Sequence record: NZ_LR134454.1
DNA length: 64,000 nucleotides
Source of the DNA: a plasmid
Reading direction: 5' to 3' (one strand)
Position 1 is the stretch's first letter, and each line of letters begins with the position of its first letter. The notes under the pieces were generated by a model. It had not been told where the DNA came from. It saw nothing but the letters and a program-made list of their open reading frames with translations, and made no database searches. This document shows, piece after piece, positions 42,552 through 53,114 of the stretch. The position numbers were made by a program, and so were the translations under genes.

Positions 42552-43154
42552 TCAGGCGGTGGCGGCGGCGTAGCGCGCGGCGACGTCGTCCCAGTTCACG
42601 ACGTTCCACCAGGCCTTGACGTAGTCGGCCTTGACGTTCTTGTACTGCAGGTAGAAGGCGTGCTCCCACATGTCGAGCATGAGCAGCGGGGTCAGGCCGA
42701 TGGAGATGTTGCCCTGCTGGTCGGTGAGCTGCTGCAGCACGAGGCGCTTGCCGATGTGGTCGTAGGCCAGCACGGACCAGCCGGAGCCCTGCAGCGTCAT
42801 GGCGACGGCGGTGAAGTGGGCCTGGAACTTGTCGAAGCCGCCGAACTGCTCGTCGATGGCCGCGGCCAGGTCGCCGACCGGCTTGTCGCCACCGTTGGGC
42901 GACAGGTTCTTCCAGAAGATGGAGTGGTTGGTGTGGCCACCGAGGTGGAAGGCGAGGTTCTTGGAGAGCAGGGGCGCCTTGGTCGCGATCGAGCCGTCCT
43001 CGCGGGCCTCCGCGAGCTGCTCGAGGGCCTGGTTGGCGCCGGCGACGTAGGCGGCGTGGTGCTTGCTGTGGTGCAGCTCCATGATCTCGCCCGAGATGTG
43101 GGGCGCGAGCGCGCTGTAGTCGTAGTCGAGGTCCGGCAGAGTGTAGACGGCCAC
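42552..43154 (-). CDS. sodA: Superoxide dismutase [Mn/Fe]
   Basis: [17 protein letters not shown] and QGSGW motifs. 200 aa. Confidence 0.95.
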   Translation of the reverse strand: MAVYTLPDLDYDYSALAPHISGEIMELHHSKHHAAYVAGANQALEQLAEAREDGSIATKAPLLSKNLAFHLGGHTNHSIFWKNLSPNGGDKPVGDLAAAIDEQFGGFDKFQAHFTAVAMTLQGSGWSVLAYDHIGKRLVLQQLTDQQGNISIGLTPLLMLDMWEHAFYLQYKNVKADYVKAWWNVVNWDDVAARYAAATA

Positions 43155-43734
43155 GTCTTTCCCTTCGATTGCGGAAGCGATCGCTTCCTGGTTGGTCCTT
43201 CGTACCCTTCCAGCCTTTCTTATCTGGAATGGTTCCGCAATAAGGACGGCCGAAAGCGCATGAAGTGCGGTTGAGGTTCTCGGCGGGATCGGCGCAGGCC
43301 GACGGTGCGCCGACCGGCGGAACCCGCGCGGTTCGCCCGCGAGGCGGGGCGGATCAGCCCAGGACGACGATGAGCACCAACGCGATCGCGAGCACGGCCA
43401 CGGTGAGCAGCGTGCGGGTCAGCGAGCGCGAGAAGTACACGGTGCACGAGCTGCGCGACGCGGCGTCGGGCCCGGTGGCGAGGGAATGGGTGTGCTTGAC
43501 CGTCATCGCGCCGCCTTCCGTGTGTTGCACCTGTGAAGCTCGTCACAGATGTGGTGTGGAACACTGTAGCGGACCTACACAGCAGTAGGAAATCGATCGC
43601 ACGGAACCGCCGGAAACGGCGTCCGTGGACAGTCGGGCGCCGAATGTCCGATGTTTGTTGTTCATTCAAGCAAATGTGACCTACTAGACCGATGGATTGA
43701 TTTACGGCGTCCACCTGCGCAGGCGCCGCGTCGA

Positions 43735-43761
43735 CCGATAGAAACGCGGCCGCTTTCTATC
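43735..43761. promoter_or_regulatory. 27-bp palindrome cgatagaaacgcggccgctttctatcg just upstream of the 43770 gene (candidate operator)
   Basis: Perfect 9-bp arms (cgatagaaa/tttctatcg) read directly. No U-tract follows, so an operator is more likely than a terminator. Confidence 0.4.
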
Positions 43762-43769
43762 GCAAACGC

Positions 43770-44204
43770 TTGGATTCCCGAGTCCGGCGCGGGACGATGG
43801 TGGACATGACCGGAACCAGCTTCGGGGCGCGCACCCAGCGCCTCAGCGGTGATCGGGCCGGCCGCGTTCGCACCCTCGTCGGCGGCCGCCAGACCCGCGC
43901 CGACATCGTCGTGTCGATGACACTGCTCGTCGTGTCGTTCACCGCGACGATCATCAATCTCGTCCTCGCGGTGCGTGCGATGCCCTCGATCCGCGAGTGC
44001 GCAGCGATGGCGTGCACGTACACGGGCACGTTCGACGTGCTGGCCATCACCTTCCTCACGTCGCTGCTGCTCGGCACGACCTTCGGCGCGCACGCCGTAC
44101 TCAACCTGCTCAACCGGCGCAACGCCTGGGGCTATGCGCTGCTCGACGCCCTCGTCTCGTTCGGCTGCGTGTTCGGCGGCCTCGCCTTCGCGTCCACGCT
44201 CTGA
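43770..44204 (+). CDS. Hypothetical membrane protein (~135-144 aa)
   Basis: Four predicted TM helices. Start may be the downstream MVDMTG. Confidence 0.45.
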   Translation: MDSRVRRGTMVDMTGTSFGARTQRLSGDRAGRVRTLVGGRQTRADIVVSMTLLVVSFTATIINLVLAVRAMPSIRECAAMACTYTGTFDVLAITFLTSLLLGTTFGAHAVLNLLNRRNAWGYALLDALVSFGCVFGGLAFASTL

Positions 44205-44238
44205 GGCGCCCGGTCGGCGGCGCTAGCCTGGTGTCCAT

Positions 44239-44656
44239 GACCACGACCGCGCCCTCGGCATCCTCGCGCTTGCGGGCGTCCGCGTGGCCGCTGGCCGCCG
44301 CGGCGGGCACGGGCGCCGTCGTCCTCGCGCTGCACCTGCGCGATCCGCACGTCCAGAACAGCTGGGGCGTCTGCCCGCTGTACGCCGCGACGGGCCTGTA
44401 CTGCCCCGGCTGCGGGGGCCTGCGCGCCGTCAACGACGTCACCAACGGCGACTTCCTCGCCGCACTCGGCTCGAACGCGCTGATCTACCCGGCCGGCGCC
44501 GTGCTGGTGTGGCTCTGGCTCGGCTGGCTCGGCCGCCGGGCCGGCTTCACGGTCCCCGCGGTGCCGCAGAACAAGTACCTGTGGATCAGCGTCGGCGTAC
44601 TGACCCTCGTGTGGACCGTCGCGCGGAACTTCCCCGGATCGCCGCTCGCCCCCTGA
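44239..44656 (+). CDS. DUF2752-family membrane protein
   Basis: CPLYAATGLYCPGCGGLRA motif typical of DUF2752. The upstream part of the track ORF is rejected. Confidence 0.55.
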
Positions 44657-44703
44657 CCAGCGGCGATGACCGGGTGTCGGATTCGCCCGCTACCGTCGGG
44701 GCC

Positions 44704-45612
44704 ATGAGTCCCCTCGTGACCGAACTGCAGGACGCGGCGAAGGCCGCCAGCCACCGCGTGCGCGCCGCCCTCGGGCAGGCCGGGGGCGTCGTCCCCGTCG
44801 TGCGCCTCGAAGGCCCCATCGCGGCGCCCGCCATGTCGGGCGGGCTCGGCCGCGGCACGCTCAACCTGGCCGGGGTCGAGTCGGTGCTCCGCCGCGCCTT
44901 CGAGACCGACGACGCCGTCGCCGTCGCGCTGGTCCTCAACAGCCCCGGCGGTTCGCCCGCGCAGTCCGAGCTCATCGCCACCCGGATCCGGCAGCTCGCG
45001 GCGAAGCACGAGCTGCCCGTGCTCGCCTTCTGCGAGGACGTCGCCGCGTCGGGCGGGTACTGGCTGGCCTGCGCCGCCGACGAGATCTTCGTGACCACCA
45101 CCTCGATCGTCGGGTCGATCGGCGTCATCTCCGCGAGCTTCGGGGCGAAGGAGCTGATCGGCAAGATCGGCCTCGAGCGCCGCGTCTTCACCGAGGGCGA
45201 CGCCAAGCACCGGCTCGACATGTTCGAGGACGTCCGTGAGGGCGACATCGAGTGGCTCCACGGGATCCAGGGCGATATCCACAGCGCCTTCCGCGAGTGG
45301 GTGACCAGCCGCCGCGGCGACCGCCTCGGCGAGGACCCGGCCCTGTTCACCGGCGAGGTGTGGATCGGCCGCAAGGCCGTCGACCTGGGGCTCGCCGACG
45401 GTGTCGGCACCCTGCGCGGCGTGCTCGACGAGCGCTTCCCCGACGCCGAGGTCGAGGCCATGCACACCCCGAAGCCCCTGCTGGCACGCCTCCTGGGCGG
45501 CGGCACCGCGATCGACGGGGCAGGCCTCGCCGCGTCCGTCACGGCCGGCGTGCTCGACGGCGCGCTCGCCGGCCTGCAGCGCCGCGGCCTGTGGGCCAAT
45601 TTCGGGGCTTGA
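44704..45612 (+). CDS. S49-family peptidase (SppA-like)
   Basis: Start re-called at MSPLVTELQ. LVLNSPGGS and ASGGYWLA Ser/Lys-dyad region typical of S49. Confidence 0.7.
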   Translation: MSPLVTELQDAAKAASHRVRAALGQAGGVVPVVRLEGPIAAPAMSGGLGRGTLNLAGVESVLRRAFETDDAVAVALVLNSPGGSPAQSELIATRIRQLAAKHELPVLAFCEDVAASGGYWLACAADEIFVTTTSIVGSIGVISASFGAKELIGKIGLERRVFTEGDAKHRLDMFEDVREGDIEWLHGIQGDIHSAFREWVTSRRGDRLGEDPALFTGEVWIGRKAVDLGLADGVGTLRGVLDERFPDAEVEAMHTPKPLLARLLGGGTAIDGAGLAASVTAGVLDGALAGLQRRGLWANFGA

Positions 45613-45744
45613 CATGCTCGATCCACAGGGCGCGGAATCCGCGCTGGTGAAGCGCTCACAGCACAACCCTCAAGTTGTGGATGAGCCTGTGGAAACTGTG
45701 GATGAATCGTCGGCGGCCCCCGCTGCCCGTGGAAGACTGGAGCC

Positions 45745-46095
45745 ATGACGGACTACCCCGCCGACGGTCCGATCCCCGTCGACGCCCTGCCCGAGGACCT
45801 CGCCGCCGCGCCGGGCCTCACCGTGCTCGACGTCCGTGACCCGGGCGAATGGGACCTCGGGCACGCCCCCGGCGCCGTGCACCTGCCGCTGCCCGACCTG
45901 CCCGTCCGCTTCGAGGAGATCGACCTCGACGCCCAGGTGTACGTGATCTGCCGCGGCGGCGGGCGCTCCGAGCAGGCCGTGCGCTACCTCGAGACCGTGG
46001 GGATCGAGGCCGCCGTGGTGGACGGCGGGATGATCGCCTGGGCGTCCGCCGGCCGCCCCGTCGTGCGACCGGACGGCAGCCAAGGGGCCGTCTGA
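45745..46095 (+). CDS. Rhodanese-like sulfurtransferase domain protein
   Basis: 116 aa. Active-site loop ICRGGGRS. Confidence 0.8.
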   Translation: MTDYPADGPIPVDALPEDLAAAPGLTVLDVRDPGEWDLGHAPGAVHLPLPDLPVRFEEIDLDAQVYVICRGGGRSEQAVRYLETVGIEAAVVDGGMIAWASAGRPVVRPDGSQGAV

Positions 46096-46928
46096 TGCAC
46101 CCGAACCCCGCGCGCACCGCGCAGCCCCGCGCCCGGTTCCGCTGGCTCGCCCGGCGACCGCCCGAGACGCTGCCGGTACCGGGCCGCGCACCGTCGGCCC
46201 CGAAGCCGACGCCGCGCTACCCGGCGACTCCGCGCTGGGGCCTGCGCCAGGACTTCACCCCGGCGGCGCCCGCCGCCCCGACCACCGCCGAGGCCGCGGC
46301 CGACGCGACCCCCTTCGTCCTGCGCCTGACCACCGGCATCGTGCTCGCCGCGGCGGTCGTCGAGGCGCTGGCCTACCTCCTGCTGGTGATCAACCGGTCC
46401 GGTCCCGTGCCGGGGTGGCTCGCGGGCGTCGCCACCGTCGCGGTCTTCGCGATCGGCTGGCTGGCGGTGATCGCGGTGATCGCGCTGTTCGTGGTGCTCA
46501 CGCTGTGGCTGCGGGTCTCGCGGGAGCGGGCCTTCGCGGCCCTGGGGACCCGCGAACCCCGTCCGGCGTGGCAGCTGTGGGTGTACTGCCTGGTCCCGGT
46601 GGTGAACCTGGCCGCCGCGCCCGTCCTCGTTCTGGAGCTGGCCGACGCGCAGCGCCGCGCGGCGGGGGAGGCGACGGATCGTCGCGCGATGTTCATCCGG
46701 CGATGGTGGGCCGCGTGGGTCGCGCTGACTATCGTCACCGTGGGGTGCGTGGCGTACTCACGCGCGGCCGGCGGCCTGCAGCACGGCGCCGACGCGATGG
46801 TCTACACCGCGCTGACCTACCTGCTGAGCGGGGTGTTCCTGCTGGTCACGGCACGGTTGGTCCGCATGATCGACGGGGGGCCGACGGCCCGGGAGCTGGA
46901 GGACGGGACGCGATGGTTGGCGGCGTAG
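46094..46928 (+). CDS. DUF4328-like membrane protein
   Basis: ATGA overlap with the rhodanese stop. Pro-rich N-terminus then 4 TM helices (WQLWVYCLVPVVNL...). Confidence 0.45.
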
Positions 46929-47671
46929 CGGGGATCGTGGCCCATCGGGGCGCCAGCGGCGAGTTCCCCGAACACACCATGAGCGCCTTCGAGGCCGCCG
47001 TCACCGAGGGCGCCGACGCCATCGAGTGCGACGTCCGGCTCACCAAGGACCAGCACCTCGTCTGCCTCCACGACCGCACCGTCGAGCGCACGTCCGACGG
47101 GACCGGCGCCGTCTCCGAACTCGACCTCGCAGACCTGAAGACGATGGACTTCGGCTCGTGGAAGCGGCCCGGCCACCCCGAGCCGGTGGTCACGCTCGAC
47201 GAGCTGATCGAGCTGGCCCGCACGTCCGGCCGCAAGCTCTTCGTCGAGACCAAGCACCCCGTCCGCTTCGGCGGCATGGTCGAGCAGAAGCTGCTCGCCG
47301 CCCTGCAGCGCCACGGGCTCACCAAGCCCGACGACCTCGCCGACGCGCCCGTCGTCGTCATCTCCTTCTCCGGCTCCGCGATCTGGCGCGTGCGCCGCAA
47401 CGCCCCGGGCGTCCCCGCCGTGCTGCTCGGCGAGGCCTCCCGGCTACTCGGCGGGGGAGCGGCCACCGCGGTCCGCGCGCAGGGCATCGGGCCGTCGGTG
47501 GACTCGCTGCGCGAGCGGCCCGACACCGTCGCCAAGGCCCGGGCCGCGGGCCGGTTCACCTACTGCTGGACCGTCGATTCCGAGGCCGACGTGGCCCTGT
47601 GCAACGGCCTCGGCGTCGAGTGGATCGCCACCAACCACCCGGCCCGTACGCGGTCCTGGCTGCGGGGATAG
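46922..47671 (+). CDS. Glycerophosphodiester phosphodiesterase
   Basis: IVAHRGASGEFPEHTMSAFEAAVTEGADAIECDVRLTKDQHLVCLHD - canonical GDPD N-terminal signature. Confidence 0.85.
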   Translation, partial: GVAGIVAHRGASGEFPEHTMSAFEAAVTEGADAIECDVRLTKDQHLVCLHDRTVERTSDGTGAVSELDLADLKTMDFGSWKRPGHPEPVVTLDELIELARTSGRKLFVETKHPVRFGGMVEQKLLAALQRHGLTKPDDLADAPVVVISFSGSAIWRVRRNAPGVPAVLLGEASRLLGGGAATAVRAQGIGPSVDSLRERPDTVAKARAAGRFTYCWTVDSEADVALCNGLGVEWIATNHPARTRSWLRG

Positions 47672-47680
47672 GCTTTCCGC

Positions 47681-48577
47681 ATGGGTAGACGCGAACGCAA
47701 TGCCACTCCCCGCGAGGGATCGAACCGTGCCGAGAAGGTGGCCGCGCAGCGCGCCCGCGCCGAGGCCAGCACCGCGGACACCAGCCGTCCCTTCGAGGGC
47801 CTGGCCGCCGAGTGCGACATCGTCGCGCTCCGCAACTTCGTGCCCAGCGCGACCGCACCGCTGACGGTCGCCGGCGCGAACCGCGAGATCCGCCTCGCGA
47901 CGGTGCTCCCCGGCGCCGCGCAGGCTCTGGTCCGTGAGGAGGCCGACGGGGTCATCGGCTACGCCGCCCTGCAGACCGCCACCCGCCCGCTGCAGCCCGG
48001 GGCCGCGCTCGCCGGCGCCGCCCGCTTCGCCGCCGACGCCGCGGTGGGAGAGGCGCTGTCGGAGGAGTCCGACGGTGCGCTGCTCGAGGTCCTCGCCGCC
48101 GACGCGCCGCTCGAGGTCACCGTGCACAAGGACTTCGACTGGTGGCTCGCGGGCGAGGCCGACGCCCAGACCCGGCAGCTCGTCGAGCACGCCAACTCGC
48201 TCATCACCCCCGCCGCGCGCCTCGACCTGGGCGCCGACGGCGTCGGCGCGCCGTGGTGGGCCGACACCGGCTCCAAGGCGCACCTGCGCTGGGTGCACCC
48301 CGCGCCGGAGGACGAGCTGATGGCCGCCCTGGCCCGCGTGCACGCCGCCGGCGGCCTCACCGTGGGCGAGGGCTCGCGGTTCGCCGGCTCGTTCCGCTCC
48401 GACGGCCTGCTCGTGCCCGTCTTCGACCTCGACCGCGAGTCGCATCCCGACGAGTGGGTGGCCGGCACCGTCGAGCTGGCGAAGCGTCTCGCCGAGGCCC
48501 TGACCGACGACTCCGAGCTCACCGCCGCGCAGCGGCGCTCCCGCGACGGCCTGCGCGGCCGCCAGGTCTCGCTGTAG
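47681..48577 (+). CDS. Conserved actinobacterial hypothetical protein (298 aa)
   Basis: ORF with a basic N-terminus. No enzymatic motifs recognised. Confidence 0.45.
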   Translation: MGRRERNATPREGSNRAEKVAAQRARAEASTADTSRPFEGLAAECDIVALRNFVPSATAPLTVAGANREIRLATVLPGAAQALVREEADGVIGYAALQTATRPLQPGAALAGAARFAADAAVGEALSEESDGALLEVLAADAPLEVTVHKDFDWWLAGEADAQTRQLVEHANSLITPAARLDLGADGVGAPWWADTGSKAHLRWVHPAPEDELMAALARVHAAGGLTVGEGSRFAGSFRSDGLLVPVFDLDRESHPDEWVAGTVELAKRLAEALTDDSELTAAQRRSRDGLRGRQVSL

Positions 48578-48607
48578 ACCGGCCCGGCTGACCCCGCTCC
48601 GGCGGGG

Positions 48608-49267
48608 TCAGCCGTGGAAGCGGTCGCCGAGGGCGCCGCGCAGGTACGCGAGGATCGTCTGCCGCACGTCGTAGCTCTCGGCGCTCGGATCCAGCGCGCC
48701 GAGGGCGCGGGCGAGCCGAGGCCGGTCGATGACGTGCTGCGGGATCTCCCGCTCGTACCACGCGCTCGACGTCGGGCGGGCGTCGCGCATCGCCTGGTTG
48801 GTGCGCACGGTGACCTCGCCGATCGTGAACCGCCACAACCCCAGAAGCAGGTGCAGCGACTCGTCCTCGGGGATGCCGATCTCGTCCGTGGTCCGCAGGA
48901 ACTCGTCGAACGACCACGCGGAGTAGGCGTCGATGATCTCGTCGGCCGAGAGCACGTCGATCACCCACGGGTGCCGGGTGAGGTGGTCGATCACGATGAG
49001 CGGCAGCTGCACCAGCCGCTCGTGCGGATCCTCGGCCAGCTCCGGCACCGGCGTGTTCCACGACTGGTGCTCGAGCACGGCGCCGAGCAGGTCGTTCTTC
49101 GAATCGAAGTAGTGGTAGATGCCCATGGCGCTGATGTCGAGGCGCGCCGCGAGGGTGCGCATCGAGAACTTCAGCGGGCCGTCGGTGGTGAGGATGTCGG
49201 CCGCGGCGGCGACCACCTGCTCCCGGTTCACCTTCGGCGGACGGCCGATACGGCCGCGTTCAGTCAT
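48608..49267 (-). CDS. TetR-family transcriptional regulator
   Basis: HTH FSMRTLAARLDISAMGIYHYF. Confidence 0.8.
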   Translation of the reverse strand: MTERGRIGRPPKVNREQVVAAAADILTTDGPLKFSMRTLAARLDISAMGIYHYFDSKNDLLGAVLEHQSWNTPVPELAEDPHERLVQLPLIVIDHLTRHPWVIDVLSADEIIDAYSAWSFDEFLRTTDEIGIPEDESLHLLLGLWRFTIGEVTVRTNQAMRDARPTSSAWYEREIPQHVIDRPRLARALGALDPSAESYDVRQTILAYLRGALGDRFHG

Positions 49268-49276
49268 GGCGCCACC

Positions 49277-50758
49277 TTAACCGGTTCCCGGGGTCCCACT
49301 GAGGAGGCGAGCGGGAACGGGCTGGTCGGCGGCGAGCAGGCCGAAGAACTCGTCCGTGTTCTTGCCCCACGCGAGGGAGTCCCCATCGCTGGTGTACTCG
49401 CTGCCCGCGGTGGGGGTCGTGGTGGTCACGGTGCTGCCGCTCATCGCCCACGCGAGGCGCGCGAGGTCCCACAGGTGCGTGTCCTTGTCGACAGACAGCG
49501 CCTCGACCACCGCGTTGGACAGGCCCCACATCTCGAACGGGTTCAGCAGCGTCGTCGGCGAGGTCGCCTCCTTGAACAGCGCCGACATGAACTCGCGCTG
49601 GTGCACCACCCGATCGAGGTCGGCGTTCGGGGTGGCGCGGGTGCGGACGTAGCCGAGGGCCTGCGCGCCGTCGAGCGTCTGGCAGCCCGCCTTGATCCGC
49701 AGGCCCGCCTTCGGGTCGTTGATCGGGTACTTCGGGCACATCTCGACACCGCCGATGGCGTCGACCATGGTCGCGAAGCCGCCGAAACCGATCTCCGCGT
49801 AGTGGTCGATGCGCAGGCCGGCGGCCTTCTCGAAGGTCTGCACGAGCAGCTGCGCGCCGGCCGCGTCGCCGTTGCCCGACGTGCTGCCGAGGAAGTAGGC
49901 GGCGTTGATCTTGTGCCCGCCCTGCCCCGGGATCTGCACGTAGAGGTCGCGGGGGATCGAGACCACGGTCGCGTCGCCGGACTTCGGAACGTGCACCAGC
50001 ATGATCGTGTCGGTGCGGGCGCCGCCCAGGTCGCCGCCGGTGGCGAGCGCCTTCTGTTGCGCGGGGGTGAGGCCCTCGCGGGCGTCGGTGCCCACGAGCA
50101 GCCAGTTCGTGCCCGGCGTGTCGGCGACGCGGCCCGCGTACGAGGCGAGGGCGTCGATCCGCGTGAGCTTGCCGTCGAAATAGATCGTGCCCGCGACCGT
50201 GCCCACGAGCAGAAGCACGAGGAAGACGCCCAGCCAGCGGAAGGGGTGCAGCTTGCGCTTGCGCCGGACCTTCTTCGGCGCGGGGGCCTGGGGTGCGGGG
50301 GCGGCGGACCGTCGACCGGGCTCCCGGTCCCGGCTGCGGTTCTTGGTGCGCGGCGGGCGCGGGGGCGGGGGGACGCGCCCGTCGCTGCTGCCCCGGGCCC
50401 CGACGGGGCGCTTGACCTCGCTCGCGGGGACGGGCTCGGGTTCCTGACGGGGCGCCCAAGCCCGGCGGGGCTGCGGCTGCGGCTGCGGCCGCTCGACGCG
50501 GGTGGCGCGGGGCTGGGCGGGCGCGGGCGGCTGCGGCGCCCCCTGCGGTGGCCCGGGCCGACGGGGCGGTTGCTGCGCCGCGCGCGGCTGCGGCTGCGGG
50601 GGCGGGCCGGGCCGCTGGCCCGGTCGCGGGCGGGGGATGCCCTGCGGGTGCCGGGGCGCGCGGGAGCGCGGGTCGCCCTCGGGGACCTGCGACCAGGCGA
50701 GGTTCCGCTCGTCGCGCGGTCGTTCGTCGTTCACGCACATCGACTGTACGGGCCGCAA
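49277..50758 (-). CDS. LytR-CpsA-Psr (LCP) family cell-wall polymer transferase with Pro/Arg-rich cytoplasmic N-terminus
   Basis: TM anchor FRWLGVFLVLLLVG, then LCP core (TDTIMLVHVP...SIPRDLYV...GFGGFATMVDAIGGVEMC). Confidence 0.8.
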   Translation of the reverse strand: MRPVQSMCVNDERPRDERNLAWSQVPEGDPRSRAPRHPQGIPRPRPGQRPGPPPQPQPRAAQQPPRRPGPPQGAPQPPAPAQPRATRVERPQPQPQPRRAWAPRQEPEPVPASEVKRPVGARGSSDGRVPPPPRPPRTKNRSRDREPGRRSAAPAPQAPAPKKVRRKRKLHPFRWLGVFLVLLLVGTVAGTIYFDGKLTRIDALASYAGRVADTPGTNWLLVGTDAREGLTPAQQKALATGGDLGGARTDTIMLVHVPKSGDATVVSIPRDLYVQIPGQGGHKINAAYFLGSTSGNGDAAGAQLLVQTFEKAAGLRIDHYAEIGFGGFATMVDAIGGVEMCPKYPINDPKAGLRIKAGCQTLDGAQALGYVRTRATPNADLDRVVHQREFMSALFKEATSPTTLLNPFEMWGLSNAVVEALSVDKDTHLWDLARLAWAMSGSTVTTTTPTAGSEYTSDGDSLAWGKNTDEFFGLLAADQPVPARLLSGTPGTG

Positions 50759-50800
50759 CTGAGAAATCGTCTCAGCGCGTGATCCGGGTCGCAGGCCGGG

Positions 50801-51580
50801 TCAGCCGAGGAAGCCCAGGTGCGGGCGGAGCAGCGCGTAGCCGACGAAGGCCACGACATCGAGCAGGAAGTGGGCGACGACCAGCGGCCACAGCTTCCGC
50901 CAGCGGTCGTACGCGGCGCCGAAGATCACGCCCATCACCAGGTTCCCCAGACCCGCGCCGAAGCCCTGGTAGAGGTGGTACGAGCCGCGGAGCACCGAGG
51001 ACGCCGCGATGGAACCGGCCCGCCCGACGCCGAGCTGCCGCAGCCGGGTCATGAGGTAGCCGACGACGACGACCTCCTCGGCGACGGCGTTCCCGGCCGC
51101 GAGCAGGACGTACGTGAGGATCCGCCACCACTGCACGTCGCCCGACGCCGGTACGACGCTCGCGGTGACGCCCAGCGCGCGGCCGGCCGCGTACAGCGCC
51201 AGGCCGGGGATGCCGATGAGCGCCGCGAGGCCGGTGCCCAGCCCGATGTCGCGCAGCAGCTCCCGCCGCGGCCGGCGCAGCGCGAAGCCGATGTCGGCGA
51301 ACCGGATCCCGGAGCGGTACAGCAGGTACAGCGCCAGCGCGGCCCAGCCGAAGAGCTGCACCGCGCCGAGGACCTGGAGCAGGAAGTCGATCACCGCGTG
51401 CGGGCTGCGGACGGGGTTGAGCGTCACCGTCGTCCCGCGGACCCCGGGGCCGAGCTGATAGCCGATGAGGCGGACCGTCGAATACAGTCCCGACCAGGCT
51501 AAAGTCACCAGCAGCACGATCGCGACCTCGGCGCGCAGCGGGCGCCGCTCGGCGGTCGGGACGGGCTCGGGGGCGCTCAC
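50801..51580 (-). CDS. CPBP-family intramembrane metalloprotease (CAAX/Abi)
   Basis: EEVVVVGYL, FGAAYD and HFLLD motif blocks of the CPBP family. Multiple TM helices. Confidence 0.65.
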   Translation of the reverse strand: MSAPEPVPTAERRPLRAEVAIVLLVTLAWSGLYSTVRLIGYQLGPGVRGTTVTLNPVRSPHAVIDFLLQVLGAVQLFGWAALALYLLYRSGIRFADIGFALRRPRRELLRDIGLGTGLAALIGIPGLALYAAGRALGVTASVVPASGDVQWWRILTYVLLAAGNAVAEEVVVVGYLMTRLRQLGVGRAGSIAASSVLRGSYHLYQGFGAGLGNLVMGVIFGAAYDRWRKLWPLVVAHFLLDVVAFVGYALLRPHLGFLG

Positions 51581-51644
51581 CGGGACACCCTAACCGGGCA
51601 CCGTTACGATTGCCCGGTCCTGCAGCGAGTGAAGGGGTCCCAGC

Positions 51645-53108
51645 GTGTCCGCTCCCACCACCGAGCCCCAGCTGGGGCCCATCGACCGGTACTTCCGCAT
51701 CTCCGAGCGCGGTTCGACGGTGCCCCGCGAGCTCCGCGGCGGGCTCGTCACGTTCTTCACGATGGCCTACATCGTGGTGCTCAACCCGATCATCATCGGC
51801 GGCGTCGTCGGCAACAGCAAGAACGTCGACGTGCTCGGCAACGTGCTGCCCACCGCGCAGGTCGCCGCCGTCACCGCGCTCGCCGCGGGCCTGATGTGCA
51901 TCGTCTTCGGCGCGATCGTCAACTACCCCTTCGGCATCGCCGCCGGCCTCGGCGTGAACAGCCTCCTGGCCGTGAGCATCGCGCCGCAGGTCACCTGGCC
52001 CGAGGCCATGGGACTCGTGGTGATCGACGGCATCATCATCGTGCTGCTCGGCGTCACCGGCTTCCGCACCGCCGTCTTCCGCGCCATCCCCGCCGAGCTC
52101 AAGGCCGCGATCGCCGCCGGTATCGGCTGCTTCATCGCGTTCATCGGCTTCGTCGACGCGGGCTTCGTCCGGCGCATCCCCGACGCGGCCGGCACGACGG
52201 TGCCCGTCGGCCTCGGCATCGGCAACTCCGTCGCCGCCTGGCCGACCGCGGTCTTCGTCTTCGGCGTGCTGCTCATCGGCGTGCTCGTGGTCCGCAAGGT
52301 GCCCGGCGCGATCCTGCTGGGCATCGTCATCACCACGATCGTCGCCCTGATCGTGCAGAAGGTGGCCGGCCTAGGCCCGTCGTTCAAGGACCCGCACGGC
52401 TGGAGCCTGAACATCCCCGAGCTCCCGTCCTCGCTGGGCGGCCTGCCGGATCTGTCGCTGGTCGGCGAGGTCGACGTCTTCGGCGCGTTCACGCGGATCG
52501 GCGTGCTCGCCGCGTCGGTGCTGGTCTTCGCGCTGGTGCTGTCGAACTTCTTCGACGCCATGGGCACCATCACGGGCCTGACGAAGGAGGCGGACCTGAT
52601 GCGCGAGGACGGCACCGTACCCAACATCGGCAAGGCGCTCGCCGTCGAGGGCGCGGGCGCGATCGTCGGCGGCGGCGCCTCGGCCTCGTCGAACACCGTC
52701 TTCGTGGAGTCCGCCTCGGGCATCGCGGAGGGCGCCCGGACGGGTCTCGCGAACATCGTGACCGGCGTGCTGTTCCTCGCCGCGATGTTCTTCACCCCGC
52801 TCTACGAGGTGGTCCCGTCCGAGGCCGCCGCTCCCGCGCTGGTCATCGTGGGCGCCATGATGCTGGGCCAGCTCAAGGACATCGACTGGACCAAGTTCTA
52901 CGTGGTCCTGCCCGTGTTCCTCACCGTGGTCTCGATGCCGTTCACCTACTCGATCGCGAACGGCATCGGCATCGGCTTCATCACCTGGGTCGTGATGGCC
53001 GTGGCGCGCGGGAAGGCCAAGGAGGTCCACCCGCTGCTCTGGATCGTCTCCGGGCTGTTCCTGTTGTACTTCGCCAAGGAGCCGATCGAGGTGCTGTTCG
53101 GGATCTGA
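51645..53108 (+). CDS. NCS2-family purine (adenine/guanine/hypoxanthine) permease, AzgA/PbuG-like
   Basis: 487 aa. N-terminal FRISERGSTVPRELRGGLVTFFTMAYIVVLNP is diagnostic of the AzgA subfamily. Confidence 0.8.
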   Translation: MSAPTTEPQLGPIDRYFRISERGSTVPRELRGGLVTFFTMAYIVVLNPIIIGGVVGNSKNVDVLGNVLPTAQVAAVTALAAGLMCIVFGAIVNYPFGIAAGLGVNSLLAVSIAPQVTWPEAMGLVVIDGIIIVLLGVTGFRTAVFRAIPAELKAAIAAGIGCFIAFIGFVDAGFVRRIPDAAGTTVPVGLGIGNSVAAWPTAVFVFGVLLIGVLVVRKVPGAILLGIVITTIVALIVQKVAGLGPSFKDPHGWSLNIPELPSSLGGLPDLSLVGEVDVFGAFTRIGVLAASVLVFALVLSNFFDAMGTITGLTKEADLMREDGTVPNIGKALAVEGAGAIVGGGASASSNTVFVESASGIAEGARTGLANIVTGVLFLAAMFFTPLYEVVPSEAAAPALVIVGAMMLGQLKDIDWTKFYVVLPVFLTVVSMPFTYSIANGIGIGFITWVVMAVARGKAKEVHPLLWIVSGLFLLYFAKEPIEVLFGI

Positions 53109-53114
53109 CGGGAG

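Noticed and set aside
48614-50782. 722-aa plus-strand ORF
   Set aside because: Antisense to the TetR and LCP genes.
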